Below, in pieces: positions 19,430 to 28,872 of a stretch of 64,000 bases of DNA; position 1 is the first letter of the stretch; each line of letters starts with the position of its first letter. The notes under the pieces were generated by a model. That model searched no databases. It was not told the origin of the DNA and saw nothing but the letters and a program-made list of their open reading frames with translations. The stretch is from the IMG/VR virus record IMGVR_UViG_3300025011_000027, positions 1 to 64,000 of that record; one strand, 5' to 3'. The translations under genes and the position numbers were made by a program. Source of the DNA: a virus.

Positions 19430-19832
19430 TACTTTTATCCCCCTTTGGTTTCTTAACTGCTTTAACTGTCAATTTGATAGTATATTTCTTTTCGTTACAA
19501 GGCTCAATATCAAAGGGGTTTAACACTCCATCATAGATAAGCTGCTCAACAACATCTGAGTCAACGACCTCAATAGTCTTGATAGCTTGAGACAGGTTGT
19601 TTTTCTTGAGGATTTCCATTAACATCGTCTGGTTAATAGATACCCCTTCGATGCTCTGATAAATGGCTTGAACGTCTCCCGCATTGACGGTAATACTATC
19701 CCCGTCAGCCACCGCATACACTTCTTTGATTTGAGTTTTAATGCTGTCGTTGATAGGATCTTTCAGTTTCTTCAGACGGTTGCTTTCAGTGTTAAGGGCA
19801 TAGAATTCTTGGATGTCTTTGATTAAATTCAC
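19350..19832 (-). CDS. Conserved phage hypothetical protein
   Basis: AGGAGG RBS; downstream of promoter copy 6. Confidence 0.7.
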   Translation of the reverse strand: MNLIKDIQEFYALNTESNRLKKLKDPINDSIKTQIKEVYAVADGDSITVNAGDVQAIYQSIEGVSINQTMLMEILKKNNLSQAIKTIEVVDSDVVEQLIYDGVLNPFDIEPCNEKKYTIKLTVKAVKKPKGDKSNEDKGVLTELRSELRGPKESLAQDRF

Positions 19833-19868
19833 TTAGTTACCTCCTAGTATTTTAATTCGTAATACTAG

Positions 19869-19906
19869 ATATATAATAAAAAGAGTACGCTTTTTAAGCG
19901 TACTCT
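19869..19906 (-). promoter_or_regulatory. Phage promoter/terminator composite (copy 6)
   Basis: agagtacg-CTTAAAAA-gcgtactc-TTTTTAT-TATATAT. Confidence 0.8.
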
Positions 19907-19926
19907 AGTTCCATTCAATATTTATT

Positions 19927-20337
19927 TTAGCAATCGTCAAAACTACTAGGAAGTTCTTTTACATATCCAGTGTGTTCTTCGCTCTCTCCGCACCTCTCAC
20001 AACAGAGCATAAAAGTAACCTCAGCACCATAATACTTCGTTTGATGCTTCAGCTTCTTACCTGTCTTAGGACTGAAAGCATCTTCATAAATCTCTTGACC
20101 TGTTGCATTAGCGTCTTCAATAGATAACTCATCCAAATGATCTTGACCGCAAGTTGGACATTCAACAGTCTCCTCGTATACTAAGGTAGTTTCTTTAATC
20201 TCTGTGCTGCATTCAGCACATGGTAATACAACTCTTACATCTATGCATACTTCACCACTGATAATATCGTCAGATTCTACCTCCGCCTGAGGTTCGTCAA
20301 AGGATACGAATTTATTACAATCTTCACACCTTGCCAT
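19927..20337 (-). CDS. Acidic zinc-ribbon protein (four CxxC)
   Basis: CEDC, CAEC, CPTC, CERC. Confidence 0.7.
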   Translation of the reverse strand: MARCEDCNKFVSFDEPQAEVESDDIISGEVCIDVRVVLPCAECSTEIKETTLVYEETVECPTCGQDHLDELSIEDANATGQEIYEDAFSPKTGKKLKHQTKYYGAEVTFMLCCERCGESEEHTGYVKELPSSFDDC

Positions 20338-20344
20338 AGTTACA

Positions 20345-20626
20345 TCATCCTCTCTGTCCCCACTTAGTTCTGCTCACAGTTGCCATCTTACCGTACTTTC
20401 TCCCCTCTTTAAATACTTCGAATAACTTTACTTGATCTTCTCTGAAATATCTGGTACCTTTTGCATCAAGGTCATTGTGCATTTCTGGAAGCGGGGCTTT
20501 AGCTCTCTCCGCGCTGTCTTGCAATTCATACCATTCATACCAGTTCTTAATTGTACTTGGAGACCTCCTAATTATCTCAGAAACTTCACCTATAGTTAAA
20601 TAGTTAACACCATTTTCTAATCTCAT
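20345..20626 (-). CDS. MerR-like HTH DNA-binding protein
   Basis: LTIGEVSEII.RS.STIKNWY...G.RYF. Confidence 0.75.
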   Translation of the reverse strand: MRLENGVNYLTIGEVSEIIRRSPSTIKNWYEWYELQDSAERAKAPLPEMHNDLDAKGTRYFREDQVKLFEVFKEGRKYGKMATVSRTKWGQRG

Positions 20627-20661
20627 TTTGATCTTCCTCCCTAAAATTTATAGTAGTCAAT

Positions 20662-20690
20662 ATTATACGCTAATATGCATAAGTTGTCTA
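20662..20690 (-). promoter_or_regulatory. SigmaA-like promoter
   Basis: TAGACA-N17-TATAAT. Confidence 0.6.
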
Positions 20691-20715
20691 GTTTTAACGA
20701 ACCAAGTAGAAAGAC

Positions 20716-22458
20716 TTATCTTAAAAGTCTTTCTACCAGGTCACGTTTATTGAGCTTCTTGAAGTTACCGTCCACGAGAGCTTCAGCTAGGTCACCTTTC
20801 TCGGTTATGATTTCTTCAATACGTTCGTCGATAGTGTCTCGGCAAACTAAGGTTACAACATTGACTGTACCAACTGTACCAATTCTATGTGCGCGGTCTT
20901 CTGCTTGCTCAGTGTTTGCAAGATTCCAAGGCTTATCGAGAAAAATAACGGTTGAAGCGGCAGTCAATGTAAATCCAGTTCCTAACTTACTTATCGTACC
21001 AATGATCAATTTACACTTAGGATCATTCTGGAATTTAACGACTTCAGCTTGACTATCCTTAGTTTCACCAGTTACGACAGCTGGATTATACTGCTTAAGC
21101 TCTTTAACTAAGATATCAGTCATGGAAGTCCAGTTACTGAAGATGATGGCTTTCTGCCCGTTTTCTGCAAGTTCTTCAATGATCTCTTTTAGTCGATCAA
21201 CCTTTGCTGACTCTTGGATTTTTTGACTAAGAATGGAAGTATGTCCCGTAACTTGTCTTAGTCTGATAAGTTCTGCAAGCGGGTTATCAGATAGCACTAT
21301 ATCATTGAGATTAGCTTGTATGGCGTTTTTAATTTCTCCGTAGAGCTGAGCTTGCTTGGCGGTCATTTCTACATATTCTATTGAACGAATCTTAGGAGGT
21401 AAGTTAAGGACTTCTGACTTCTTTCTGCGGAGCATATTCGCATCCACTACATTACGAAGCTGGTCTAAATTCTTGTATCCTACGATTTCGTAATTTTGGA
21501 ATCCACCCATAATGCAGAAATGTTTTTTAAATTGATAGAAGGAGTGTTTTTCTACTCCGATCCATTTTAGAACATTGTGTAAGTCAAGAGGGCTATTCAT
21601 AAGTGGTGTACCAGTCATTGGAAGTTTAAATTTTGAATCTAGATAGTGAATAGCTTTACCTTGCTGACTCTCAGAGTTTTTACATTTGTGGAATTCGTCA
21701 ATGATCACCATTCCAATTGTGCCGTCTTTGCACATGATCTCTAATTCTTCTAGGATGTCTAACTGGAGTTGTTCTTGCTTTGAGTAAGGTTTTTTGTCTC
21801 CTTTGGCTCTCTTAGGCTCTCTAAGGGATTCAATATTTAAGATTAGGAAGAATTCGCTAATGTTCAATCTTTGGAGGTCTTCGAGACGTTCTTTCATTGA
21901 CCCTTCTACGATATGACCTTTTGAATTACGCTTTGACCCGACTATTCGTGCTTTTTCGTTGCTGTGGGTATTAACTTCTCCCATCCAGTTATGCTTCAAA
22001 CTGTTTACTCCGCATACGATGAGGCAATGTTTGAAATGGTTTTGATTTTTACGAGCAATTGCAATGTCGATAGCTTGTTTTGTCTTACCTAGCCCTTGCT
22101 CGTCACCTAGTAGAAAGCTCTGGTGATCTACCGCATAAGACAGACCTTCGATTTGATGATCAAACGGTTTCGTCTTAAAGTTGAAATTATTCACTTCTAA
22201 AGAGATAACTAGCTTCTTCAGAGCTGAGACATTTTGGCTCATTTTGCCTGTCAGGGTTATTTCTTCATCACTGAATAATGCTAACACTTTGTCCAAGTCT
22301 ACTACAGGTACTTCCCAACTCTTGTTGTCAGGTTGATAGTGTCTGATTGGAAGACTCTTTATTTTAGCAACTTTAGCATAGTCATATTGAAAGCTAACGA
22401 ACAGGGACTCTGTGCAGTTTGTCAGCTTTTGTGGTTTACTTAATGCAATGTTCAGCAT
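20716..22458 (-). CDS. SNF2-family helicase with N-terminal HARP-like domain
   Basis: F.YD...V.KIKSLP.R.Y.PD.K.W; DEQGLGKT, DEFH, TGTP, QAEDRAHRIG. Confidence 0.92.
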   Translation of the reverse strand: MLNIALSKPQKLTNCTESLFVSFQYDYAKVAKIKSLPIRHYQPDNKSWEVPVVDLDKVLALFSDEEITLTGKMSQNVSALKKLVISLEVNNFNFKTKPFDHQIEGLSYAVDHQSFLLGDEQGLGKTKQAIDIAIARKNQNHFKHCLIVCGVNSLKHNWMGEVNTHSNEKARIVGSKRNSKGHIVEGSMKERLEDLQRLNISEFFLILNIESLREPKRAKGDKKPYSKQEQLQLDILEELEIMCKDGTIGMVIIDEFHKCKNSESQQGKAIHYLDSKFKLPMTGTPLMNSPLDLHNVLKWIGVEKHSFYQFKKHFCIMGGFQNYEIVGYKNLDQLRNVVDANMLRRKKSEVLNLPPKIRSIEYVEMTAKQAQLYGEIKNAIQANLNDIVLSDNPLAELIRLRQVTGHTSILSQKIQESAKVDRLKEIIEELAENGQKAIIFSNWTSMTDILVKELKQYNPAVVTGETKDSQAEVVKFQNDPKCKLIIGTISKLGTGFTLTAASTVIFLDKPWNLANTEQAEDRAHRIGTVGTVNVVTLVCRDTIDERIEEIITEKGDLAEALVDGNFKKLNKRDLVERLLR

Positions 22459-22495
22459 TTGTGTTGCCTCCTTTTTATTAATTGATCACATATAC

Positions 22496-22524
22496 ATATT
22501 AACACGTAATATGTTATAAGTCAA
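22496..22524 (-). promoter_or_regulatory. SigmaA-like early promoter
   Basis: TTGACT-N17-TAATAT with TGT extension. Confidence 0.6.
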
Positions 22525-22638
22525 CATAAAAAGGAGAAGATTGGAATAAGTTATCGTCTAACTAACAATGTCTATTTCATGATGCTCTCAAAATGTCTTA
22601 AGAGACAAGCAGAATGACGGTTGTGCGGAGTTTGAATG

Positions 22639-23520
22639 TCATTTGTGAGTATTCGTATACAGACGATTTTTGATCGTCTTAAACAAAGATTTTTTCTCTG
22701 AACGTTCGGCAGGTTCAGCGTGTGCAGTATTGACTTCCTCCGAACAAAAGAAGACTTCTTGTACTAATCTCTCATAATCTTGAACTATCAAGTTATTCGG
22801 AGCATAAGCCACGGTGGGTATTCCAGCTCTCTGAGACGCACTAAACCTTACTGAACGATTAATGACGGTATCAAACATCTTTATTTGGCGATCGGCACAA
22901 TACTTCCGCATTTCATGAAGAGCAATCGAACCATCGTTTGTTCTACAGTTTGACATAGTTCCGATAACACCAAGAATATCTAAATAAGGGTTATACTTTT
23001 CTCTAACCTTTGATATTGTGGACATAAGCTCTATCATAGCGTCAGTGGCGAAATATTCACATTGTACAGGGATAAGAACCTCGTCCGCGGCAGTTAGTCC
23101 ATTCCATGTATGATTGTTTAATGAAGGAGGAAGGTCTATAAGTATATAATCATAAACGCATTGTAAAGGCTCCAAAATATCTTTTAGAACCTCTTCACGC
23201 TGAGGAAATATGTGTTTAAAGTCCTCAAGCGTAGCGTCGAGATCAGCAAGTTCAATGTTGGAAGGAATAATGTCCACTCCATATTTAGTCTTAATAATAG
23301 TGTCTGAATAGTTAGTCTCTCCAACGATTAGTCCAAAAATAGTCTTACTACCTAAACTACGTTTGTCAATGTTAAAGCTTAAAGCTACGTTACCTTGTGG
23401 ATCAAAGTCAACAAGGACAACACTTTTAGATAGTCTGGCTAATACTGTCGCAATGTTACAAGCGGTGGTAGTCTTTCCAACTCCGCCCTTTTGCTGAGCT
23501 ATTGCTAGTACGTGACTCAT
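22639..23520 (-). CDS. parA: ParA/Soj-family ATPase
   Basis: QQKGGVGKTTT, VDFDPQGN, IDLPPSL, IPVQCEY. Confidence 0.93.
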   Translation of the reverse strand: MSHVLAIAQQKGGVGKTTTACNIATVLARLSKSVVLVDFDPQGNVALSFNIDKRSLGSKTIFGLIVGETNYSDTIIKTKYGVDIIPSNIELADLDATLEDFKHIFPQREEVLKDILEPLQCVYDYILIDLPPSLNNHTWNGLTAADEVLIPVQCEYFATDAMIELMSTISKVREKYNPYLDILGVIGTMSNCRTNDGSIALHEMRKYCADRQIKMFDTVINRSVRFSASQRAGIPTVAYAPNNLIVQDYERLVQEVFFCSEEVNTAHAEPAERSEKKSLFKTIKNRLYTNTHK

Positions 23521-23661
23521 TTTACCATCCTCCTAGTTTGTTTTTAGTTTTCAAATAGTTTTTTTATTACTCGTTAATATTATAACATAGTAACTTTAGT
23601 TAGTATACAAATTTTTACATTCATATATCGACAAAAAAGAATATCCTCCATTGACGTAATT

Positions 23662-23693
23662 AAGGCTCCTAGCTATAAAAAGCTAAGAGCCTT
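23662..23693. terminator. Hairpin after the lysis cassette
   Basis: aaggctcctagc-tataaaaa-gctaagagcctt. Confidence 0.5.
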
Positions 23694-23707
23694 GCACTTT
23701 AAAAAAA

Positions 23708-23887
23708 CTATTTAATAGTATCATGAGATACTGCAACGCCTGCTACAGTAATCAATGCAGCTATACCATCCGCAATGATATTGACTTGTTCATTCGTAAT
23801 AAAAGTGTAACCTAAAGAATCACTAAAGAGCTTTGCAGCTCCAAGAATAGAAGCCCAAAATAAAGGTTTTTTCATTTTCTCTTTCAC
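23708..23887 (-). CDS. Small holin-like membrane protein (59 aa, not in ORF track)
   Basis: MKEKMKKPLFWASILGAAKLFSDSLGYTFITNEQVNIIADGIAALITVAGVAVSH; two hydrophobic segments; follows the endolysin. Confidence 0.7.
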   Translation of the reverse strand: MKEKMKKPLFWASILGAAKLFSDSLGYTFITNEQVNIIADGIAALITVAGVAVSHDTIK

Positions 23888-23888
23888 T

Positions 23889-24728
23889 TTAATACACTCC
23901 TTTCAATCCAGTTAGTACCGCTTGAGCAGTATCCTCAGCATGGTCTCCTGACCAATAAACTTCATTAGGATGACCAGTTTTAGGCCCGCCAATAACAATA
24001 GGTTTCTTTGCCGCCATTGCATCTGGATGAACTGCTGCACTTCTATTACGATTAAATATAGCACATCCGCCATTTTGATCGGCAGCAATTTTCCCAACCG
24101 AGTAATCATCAGAACTAAAAATAACAACTACAATATTCACTGCTTTATTCTCCTTTTCTGATTTCAACCCTTTGTATGTTATTCCATAAAACCTACAATG
24201 AGCTTTAGCTATAGCCTCTCCTTCGGCGTACTGTTCTGAATACTCATCTATTGCCGTATAGTCAGAAGAATCAATGAAGGCGAATTCCGAAATAATGGCC
24301 GAGGGGTCTGTGCTGCGAATAAATCCATGATAATCATGGATTCCGTCACTACTACGCTTGGTAACAAAGCCGTTCCCGTGTCGATTCTGTCCTAACTTAT
24401 CAAACTCTTCCTCAAGTATTTTTGCGAACTCTGTAGCCTTTCCGTAGAAAACCGAGTGAATGGTTTCTGAGCCGTCCCCGCCGCCAGCGTTATGATGAAT
24501 GGAATGAGCGATATCTACCGGAGTTTGTTTGTGGATTTCATTGACTTTGCGAATTACTTCATTAAGATTAGACCCGCTAATAATAGGAGGAACAATAATT
24601 CCATTATACTCCATTAACCTCTTAGCAATAACAGCCACGCTCATATTTATGTCACGTTCGATCAAACCATTGGCTACTGCTCCAGTATCAATATCTCCAT
24701 GTCCCGCATTCAATACGCTAATTGGCAT
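23889..24728 (-). CDS. Endolysin, N-acetylmuramoyl-L-alanine amidase (Amidase_3) with cell-wall binding tail
   Basis: LNAGHG..D.GA, IERD, SIHHNA, IISEFAFID. Confidence 0.92.
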   Translation of the reverse strand: MPISVLNAGHGDIDTGAVANGLIERDINMSVAVIAKRLMEYNGIIVPPIISGSNLNEVIRKVNEIHKQTPVDIAHSIHHNAGGGDGSETIHSVFYGKATEFAKILEEEFDKLGQNRHGNGFVTKRSSDGIHDYHGFIRSTDPSAIISEFAFIDSSDYTAIDEYSEQYAEGEAIAKAHCRFYGITYKGLKSEKENKAVNIVVVIFSSDDYSVGKIAADQNGGCAIFNRNRSAAVHPDAMAAKKPIVIGGPKTGHPNEVYWSGDHAEDTAQAVLTGLKGVY

Positions 24729-24740
24729 AACTATACCTCC

Positions 24741-24947
24741 TTAAACTAATCTATTAGCAAGGAAACCAATAATAGCTCCACAAGCTGTAAATGCCATAGT
24801 TGCCCATAATGGAAGTCTATTTCTGAGTGCTTCAATTGCATCTTCCATCTTAGCTATCCTTCCCTCCTGAGTATCAATTTTTTCCTCAAGAACTTGAACA
24901 ACTGCACAAGGAATTCCTACCACACATTGACCGTTATTTCCTGACAT
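24741..24947 (-). CDS. XhlA-like or holin-associated membrane protein
   Basis: Coiled coil followed by a C-terminal TM segment; upstream of the endolysin. Confidence 0.65.
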   Translation of the reverse strand: MSGNNGQCVVGIPCAVVQVLEEKIDTQEGRIAKMEDAIEALRNRLPLWATMAFTACGAIIGFLANRLV

Positions 24948-24997
24948 ATGTCTCCCTGCTTTCTGGCTACTCGCCCCTTTCGTTTGAAACCCGTTAA

Positions 24998-25894
24998 TTA
25001 TTGAACTAAGTGTTGCTTATAGGACTGTTTGCATCTTTCATCAGTCATAGAAGCATATATCTGAGTTGTCGAAGGATCAGTATGCCCTAATAACTTCTGT
25101 ACTGCAACTAAGTCAGCACCATTATTTAGCAATAAGGTTGCAAAAGTGTGTCGAAAGATATGAGGATGTACGTTTTTAGTTACCTCTGAACGAGCAGCTA
25201 CTATCTTAACCTCTCTTTGTATGCCCTTATCTGATAATCTCCTATATGGCCTTCGTTCAGTTATAAATAGAGCTTGTTCGTTATCGGAGCGGCGCATAAG
25301 ATATTTCTTAAGATGATACATTGCCTTAAATGAAAAGTAAACAGGTCTTTCTTTATCTCCCTTACCAATTACTAGGACTGACATAGCTTGATAATCAATG
25401 TCTTGTCTGTTCATTCGTTGAATCTCAGAAAGCCTGCCACCTGTTGCATAAAGCATCTCCACTAAGGCACGTTCTCTAGGTGTCCTACATGCTTCCCTAA
25501 TCATTTCCAGTTCTTCGATTGTCAAAGCCTTTCGAACCCTCTGTTCTTGTTTTGGTTGTTTGATGCGGTTGGTAACGTCACAAGCAATTATTTTCTCTCC
25601 TGATAACCAACTAAACATACTTTTAAGTACTGATAACTTTTTCGACACGGACGAGGGTTTTAAATGATCAAATTCTCCTAAAAAGGTACGAATGTCTGAA
25701 GTTGTGATATCGTCCGCAGCTTTTTGAATATGTTCTGAAAAGATCCTTAATTCTAGTTTGTAACTATCAAGGGTTAACTTACTTAGTCCCTCTAATTTTT
25801 TACCTGTTAAAAATAACTTAATCTTTTGTTGTAGATCAGGATGTCCTTCTGGGATTAGAGCTGGTTTTATGTCGTACTGAGAAATGATTCCTGA
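24998..25894 (-). pseudogene. XerD-like tyrosine recombinase with truncated 5' end
   Basis: Catalytic R-K-H-x-x-R-H-Y intact. The frame stays open 82 codons upstream of GTG 25648 (SGIISQYDIKP...KKLEGLS..TL..Y, SAM-like domain) with no ATG/GTG/TTG and is blocked by TGA at 25895-25897. Confidence 0.75.
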
Positions 25895-26145
25895 TCAGGA
25901 TGATCAGGATGGTGATTACCTAAATATTCTTCTGGGGACTTCTTTTTGGCATAGAATCGACCTTCATAGGAAGACTTTGTGAGCCTCGATACTACATCAT
26001 CCTTTTCCTTATCTGTACCGTATCCTGTGAGTCTCTTTATGTCTTGATCCGCAAAGAAAAGTAAATCATTTGCCATCAAACAAGCGAGCCTTACTTCCTC
26101 GTAATCTGGTTTTAATCCATCTTTTAAATCAATAATTATATCCAA
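25867..26145 (-). CDS. Hypothetical protein, 3' end probably truncated at the junction with the recombinase
   Basis: Ends HHPDHPDQ then runs out of frame into recombinase sequence. Confidence 0.55.
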   Translation of the reverse strand: MDIIIDLKDGLKPDYEEVRLACLMANDLLFFADQDIKRLTGYGTDKEKDDVVSRLTKSSYEGRFYAKKKSPEEYLGNHHPDHPDQESFLSTT

Positions 26146-26208
26146 ATAACTTCTCGCGGTAATCCCCTCCCTTTTGTTCCATAAGCAAAGACACCCCGTA
26201 GGGTGCCC

Positions 26209-26385
26209 TTACCTTCTCTTTTTGTTTGCCTCTTTCTCGGCTTCGGCTGCTCGTTCCTCTTCGATAAACTCCTCCATCTTTGCATTAATCCAGGGCGACA
26301 CTCTGATTCCCTTCTTGCCGGCGTACTTGCAAAACTCGGCGTATACCTCCGGATCTAAGGTTATGTTGACCGCTTGCCTCACCAA
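26209..26385 (-). CDS. Ribbon-helix-helix (CopG/Arc-like) protein (58 aa, not in ORF track)
   Basis: MVRQAVNITLDPEVYAEFCKYAGKKGIRVSPWINAKMEEFI; GGGGGTGG RBS; followed by hairpin gggcaccc-tacg-gggtgtcttt. Confidence 0.7.
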   Translation of the reverse strand: MVRQAVNITLDPEVYAEFCKYAGKKGIRVSPWINAKMEEFIEEERAAEAEKEANKKRR

Positions 26386-26500
26386 CTATAACCACCCCCA
26401 ATGAGGTAATTATATACCAAGATATGGGGCTTGGGTTGCTTACAAATATTTATGCGCATAACTGCGTGTTAATGTACATAATTCGTCAAATGTCTACTAA

Positions 26501-26662
26501 CTAGATAACTCCCTCTAACGCCAACAAAGCATTTTCTACTGCGGTTTTATACTCAGAAATAAGGATGTCCTCTGTCTTGAATGTTTCGCCAGTTTTAGGA
26601 TTAATCTCCCGAGTTCTAATTTTCTTTACCAGAATATCCACCAAATATTGTTTAATAAGCAT
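26501..26662 (-). CDS. Small tail-fibre-associated (XkdX-like) protein, 53 aa
   Basis: Manual translation MLIKQYLVDILVKKI...INPKTG...; TAATG coupling to the upstream gene. Confidence 0.55.
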   Translation of the reverse strand: MLIKQYLVDILVKKIRTREINPKTGETFKTEDILISEYKTAVENALLALEGVI

Positions 26663-26937
26663 TAAATCAATCCCTCACTTTCTAATAATATGTTTTCTAA
26701 ATCGACGATCTTTTGCTGATCAGGTGTTAACGGAATAATAATATCCTCGGTAACAAGCGTTCCGTTTGCAACATCTACGCTCAACGCTCTTTTCCCGTTT
26801 AGTTCTCCAAATGCAGTTTCAATATAGGGTAAACCAATGGGTTTTTCATGCGGCAAAACATTACCTTCGGCATCGGGGAAAACTGCCCATATTTTACCGT
26901 TATCATCATAGATTATTAAACTTCCTACTTGTGCCAT
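26662..26937 (-). CDS. Tail fibre assembly/chaperone-like protein
   Basis: Position after the fibre genes; C-terminal QQKIVDLEN.LL coiled coil. Confidence 0.6.
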   Translation of the reverse strand: MAQVGSLIIYDDNGKIWAVFPDAEGNVLPHEKPIGLPYIETAFGELNGKRALSVDVANGTLVTEDIIIPLTPDQQKIVDLENILLESEGLI

Positions 26938-26948
26938 TCTTAGCCCTC

Positions 26949-27458
26949 CTATTCATCTGCGTACCATGTAAAAGATACTGTGTAACTATAATTAGCGAGT
27001 ATTGGGGCATTAAACCTAAATCCATTAGGAATGATACTAATTGAAGTATCGTTTGTATCATAGAATCCGACAAAACCGTCTGAACTCGTATAGCTACCAT
27101 CAGAGGATATAGATGCAGATACCGCACCCTTTGTGGCATACGCAGGGTTTTTTATTGCACTTCCGCTAGTCATAGTTATAAATTCAGATGCGGTAGCCCC
27201 ATTTCCTATATTACTACTCCATCCAAGCATAGTAACCTTACTCGGTGTAAAGTCCAGGTTGTTAATGGTTACCGCAGTATTACCAGCAATAGATGATGTT
27301 ATACCAGTAGCCCATTTTTTCTTCGTGCTTGTCCCTGTTACCTTTACCCCCTTTACATAAGCAGTTACTCCACTCTGAATATCTGCCGCTGTAGCTGTCG
27401 CATCACCTGTGTTAGTGCCACCAGCATCCTTTTTAGGTTTTACAAAACCCTCAAACAT
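26949..27458 (-). CDS. Tail fibre/receptor-binding protein
   Basis: DATATAADI.SG.TAYV.G.KVTGT fibre repeat; KKWATG; LDFTPS. Confidence 0.75.
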   Translation of the reverse strand: MFEGFVKPKKDAGGTNTGDATATAADIQSGVTAYVKGVKVTGTSTKKKWATGITSSIAGNTAVTINNLDFTPSKVTMLGWSSNIGNGATASEFITMTSGSAIKNPAYATKGAVSASISSDGSYTSSDGFVGFYDTNDTSISIIPNGFRFNAPILANYSYTVSFTWYADE

Positions 27459-27895
27459 TAATAATCACCACCATGTGCCGTTACTTGTAATCCCGCTGCA
27501 ACCGTAGTTCCTATTGCAATATTGATTTTGTACCCTGCTGGCAAGTAGGGAATCGGCACTACCGTTTCTGTTGTATTTACCGTAATATTAATATTATTAT
27601 CCAAGAGCATAGCTGTTTCGGACAATGTTGTGGCTGCGATAGTTTGCTCGTGGATAAGCGAATTATTAGCTGCTACAGCATTATCAGAACCATTGTTAAT
27701 AAAGAATCTCAACACGGTTGCCACATTAGTTCCTAATGCTCTTACTTTGATTTGATCTATCCTTGCACCGTTTGCCCCTGACGTAAAGATAGTTACTACC
27801 GTTCCTGTACCATCTTTGGCTGTATTTGCGGTTGTCACGGTTCCCCAACTGACTTTGGGCGTTAATGGGAAAATTGGCGTTGTATTTGCTGGCAT
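27458..27895 (-). CDS. Tail fibre-associated beta-sandwich protein
   Basis: MPANTTPIF...GGDY family motif in the tail region. Confidence 0.65.
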   Translation of the reverse strand: MPANTTPIFPLTPKVSWGTVTTANTAKDGTGTVVTIFTSGANGARIDQIKVRALGTNVATVLRFFINNGSDNAVAANNSLIHEQTIAATTLSETAMLLDNNINITVNTTETVVPIPYLPAGYKINIAIGTTVAAGLQVTAHGGDY

Positions 27896-28860
27896 TATAA
27901 AGCACCTCCAAAGTTTTTATAGGCATATATTTTACTTGCTTGATGAACATAATCCGCCTGATGTTCAGTAAGGGCATCGGCATTCCCCTTCACCGTTTCC
28001 GTCGTTCGCCCTACTCCAGCTAGGTTACTTAAGTCAGTATCGAAGGCATACTGGGAGTGTGGATCTGCTGCTGCTACATGATCAGCATCTTTAGTATCAG
28101 CATATGTTTCAGCAATAACTATTGCTGCCACCGATGCGCCTGCCACATCTGCCCCAATATCTGACGGACTTAAAGTATCAGCCCCTCCTGTGGCATGAGA
28201 AGATTTGTGCGCCGAAGGAGTATACGTTGCTGGCATTGCGTGTCTGTGATCTTCTCTTGCGGCATTTGTACCCGTACCTACTGCTCCAGTCGTTCCTTCT
28301 GTTTCAGAGGTTGGTGTTGTACTTGATAAAGGTGTTACTGGCAGATTGGTGAGTAAGGAGCCATCACCTACTAATTTAGTTCCTGTTGTATTCGTCGAAG
28401 GCATAACAACTGTAATACTCGCGTCAGCTACATTGTCAGTCCATGAAGTCGTTACATTGTCAGCTATTTGTTGAAGGAAATAAAAAGTAGTTCCTCCAGC
28501 TTTAGTTCGATAAAGATTTCTAGCTGTAACTCCTTGAGGTCCGACAGGAATGTTAGTCAGATTAACCTGTTGAGTTGCTGGAGATACAGTCGCACTCGCC
28601 GTCCCGCCGCTTGTGTTTCCTTGATCAGTAACTCCGCCAGATGAATTAGCGTAACCGGTAATAAACGATACTGCATATTGATAGTTTCCATTCAAAACTC
28701 CCGTAATTGCATTAACCGCAACCGAAGGAGCAGTTGGTACAGTTAGAGCTTGAAAGAACACTATCTGACCAACGTCATTTTTACCGGTTAACGCATCTAT
28801 GATTTGGTCTAAGTCTGACGGACGTCCTGTTGTTCCACCTGATACTGTATAAAGACCCAT
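27895..28860 (-). CDS. Tail fibre/baseplate-attached protein
   Basis: G.Y.Y.VSF...ARNLYRT FN3-like domain; AAREDHRH, HKSSHATGGAD, DPHSQY His-rich fibre motifs. Confidence 0.7.
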   Translation of the reverse strand: MGLYTVSGGTTGRPSDLDQIIDALTGKNDVGQIVFFQALTVPTAPSVAVNAITGVLNGNYQYAVSFITGYANSSGGVTDQGNTSGGTASATVSPATQQVNLTNIPVGPQGVTARNLYRTKAGGTTFYFLQQIADNVTTSWTDNVADASITVVMPSTNTTGTKLVGDGSLLTNLPVTPLSSTTPTSETEGTTGAVGTGTNAAREDHRHAMPATYTPSAHKSSHATGGADTLSPSDIGADVAGASVAAIVIAETYADTKDADHVAAADPHSQYAFDTDLSNLAGVGRTTETVKGNADALTEHQADYVHQASKIYAYKNFGGAL

Positions 28861-28872
28861 CTTTGCACCTCC

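Noticed and set aside
24998-25648. Recombinase as the lysogeny integrase
   Set aside because: It is 5'-truncated, sits in the tail-fibre/lysis interval, and no att site or repressor module is visible.
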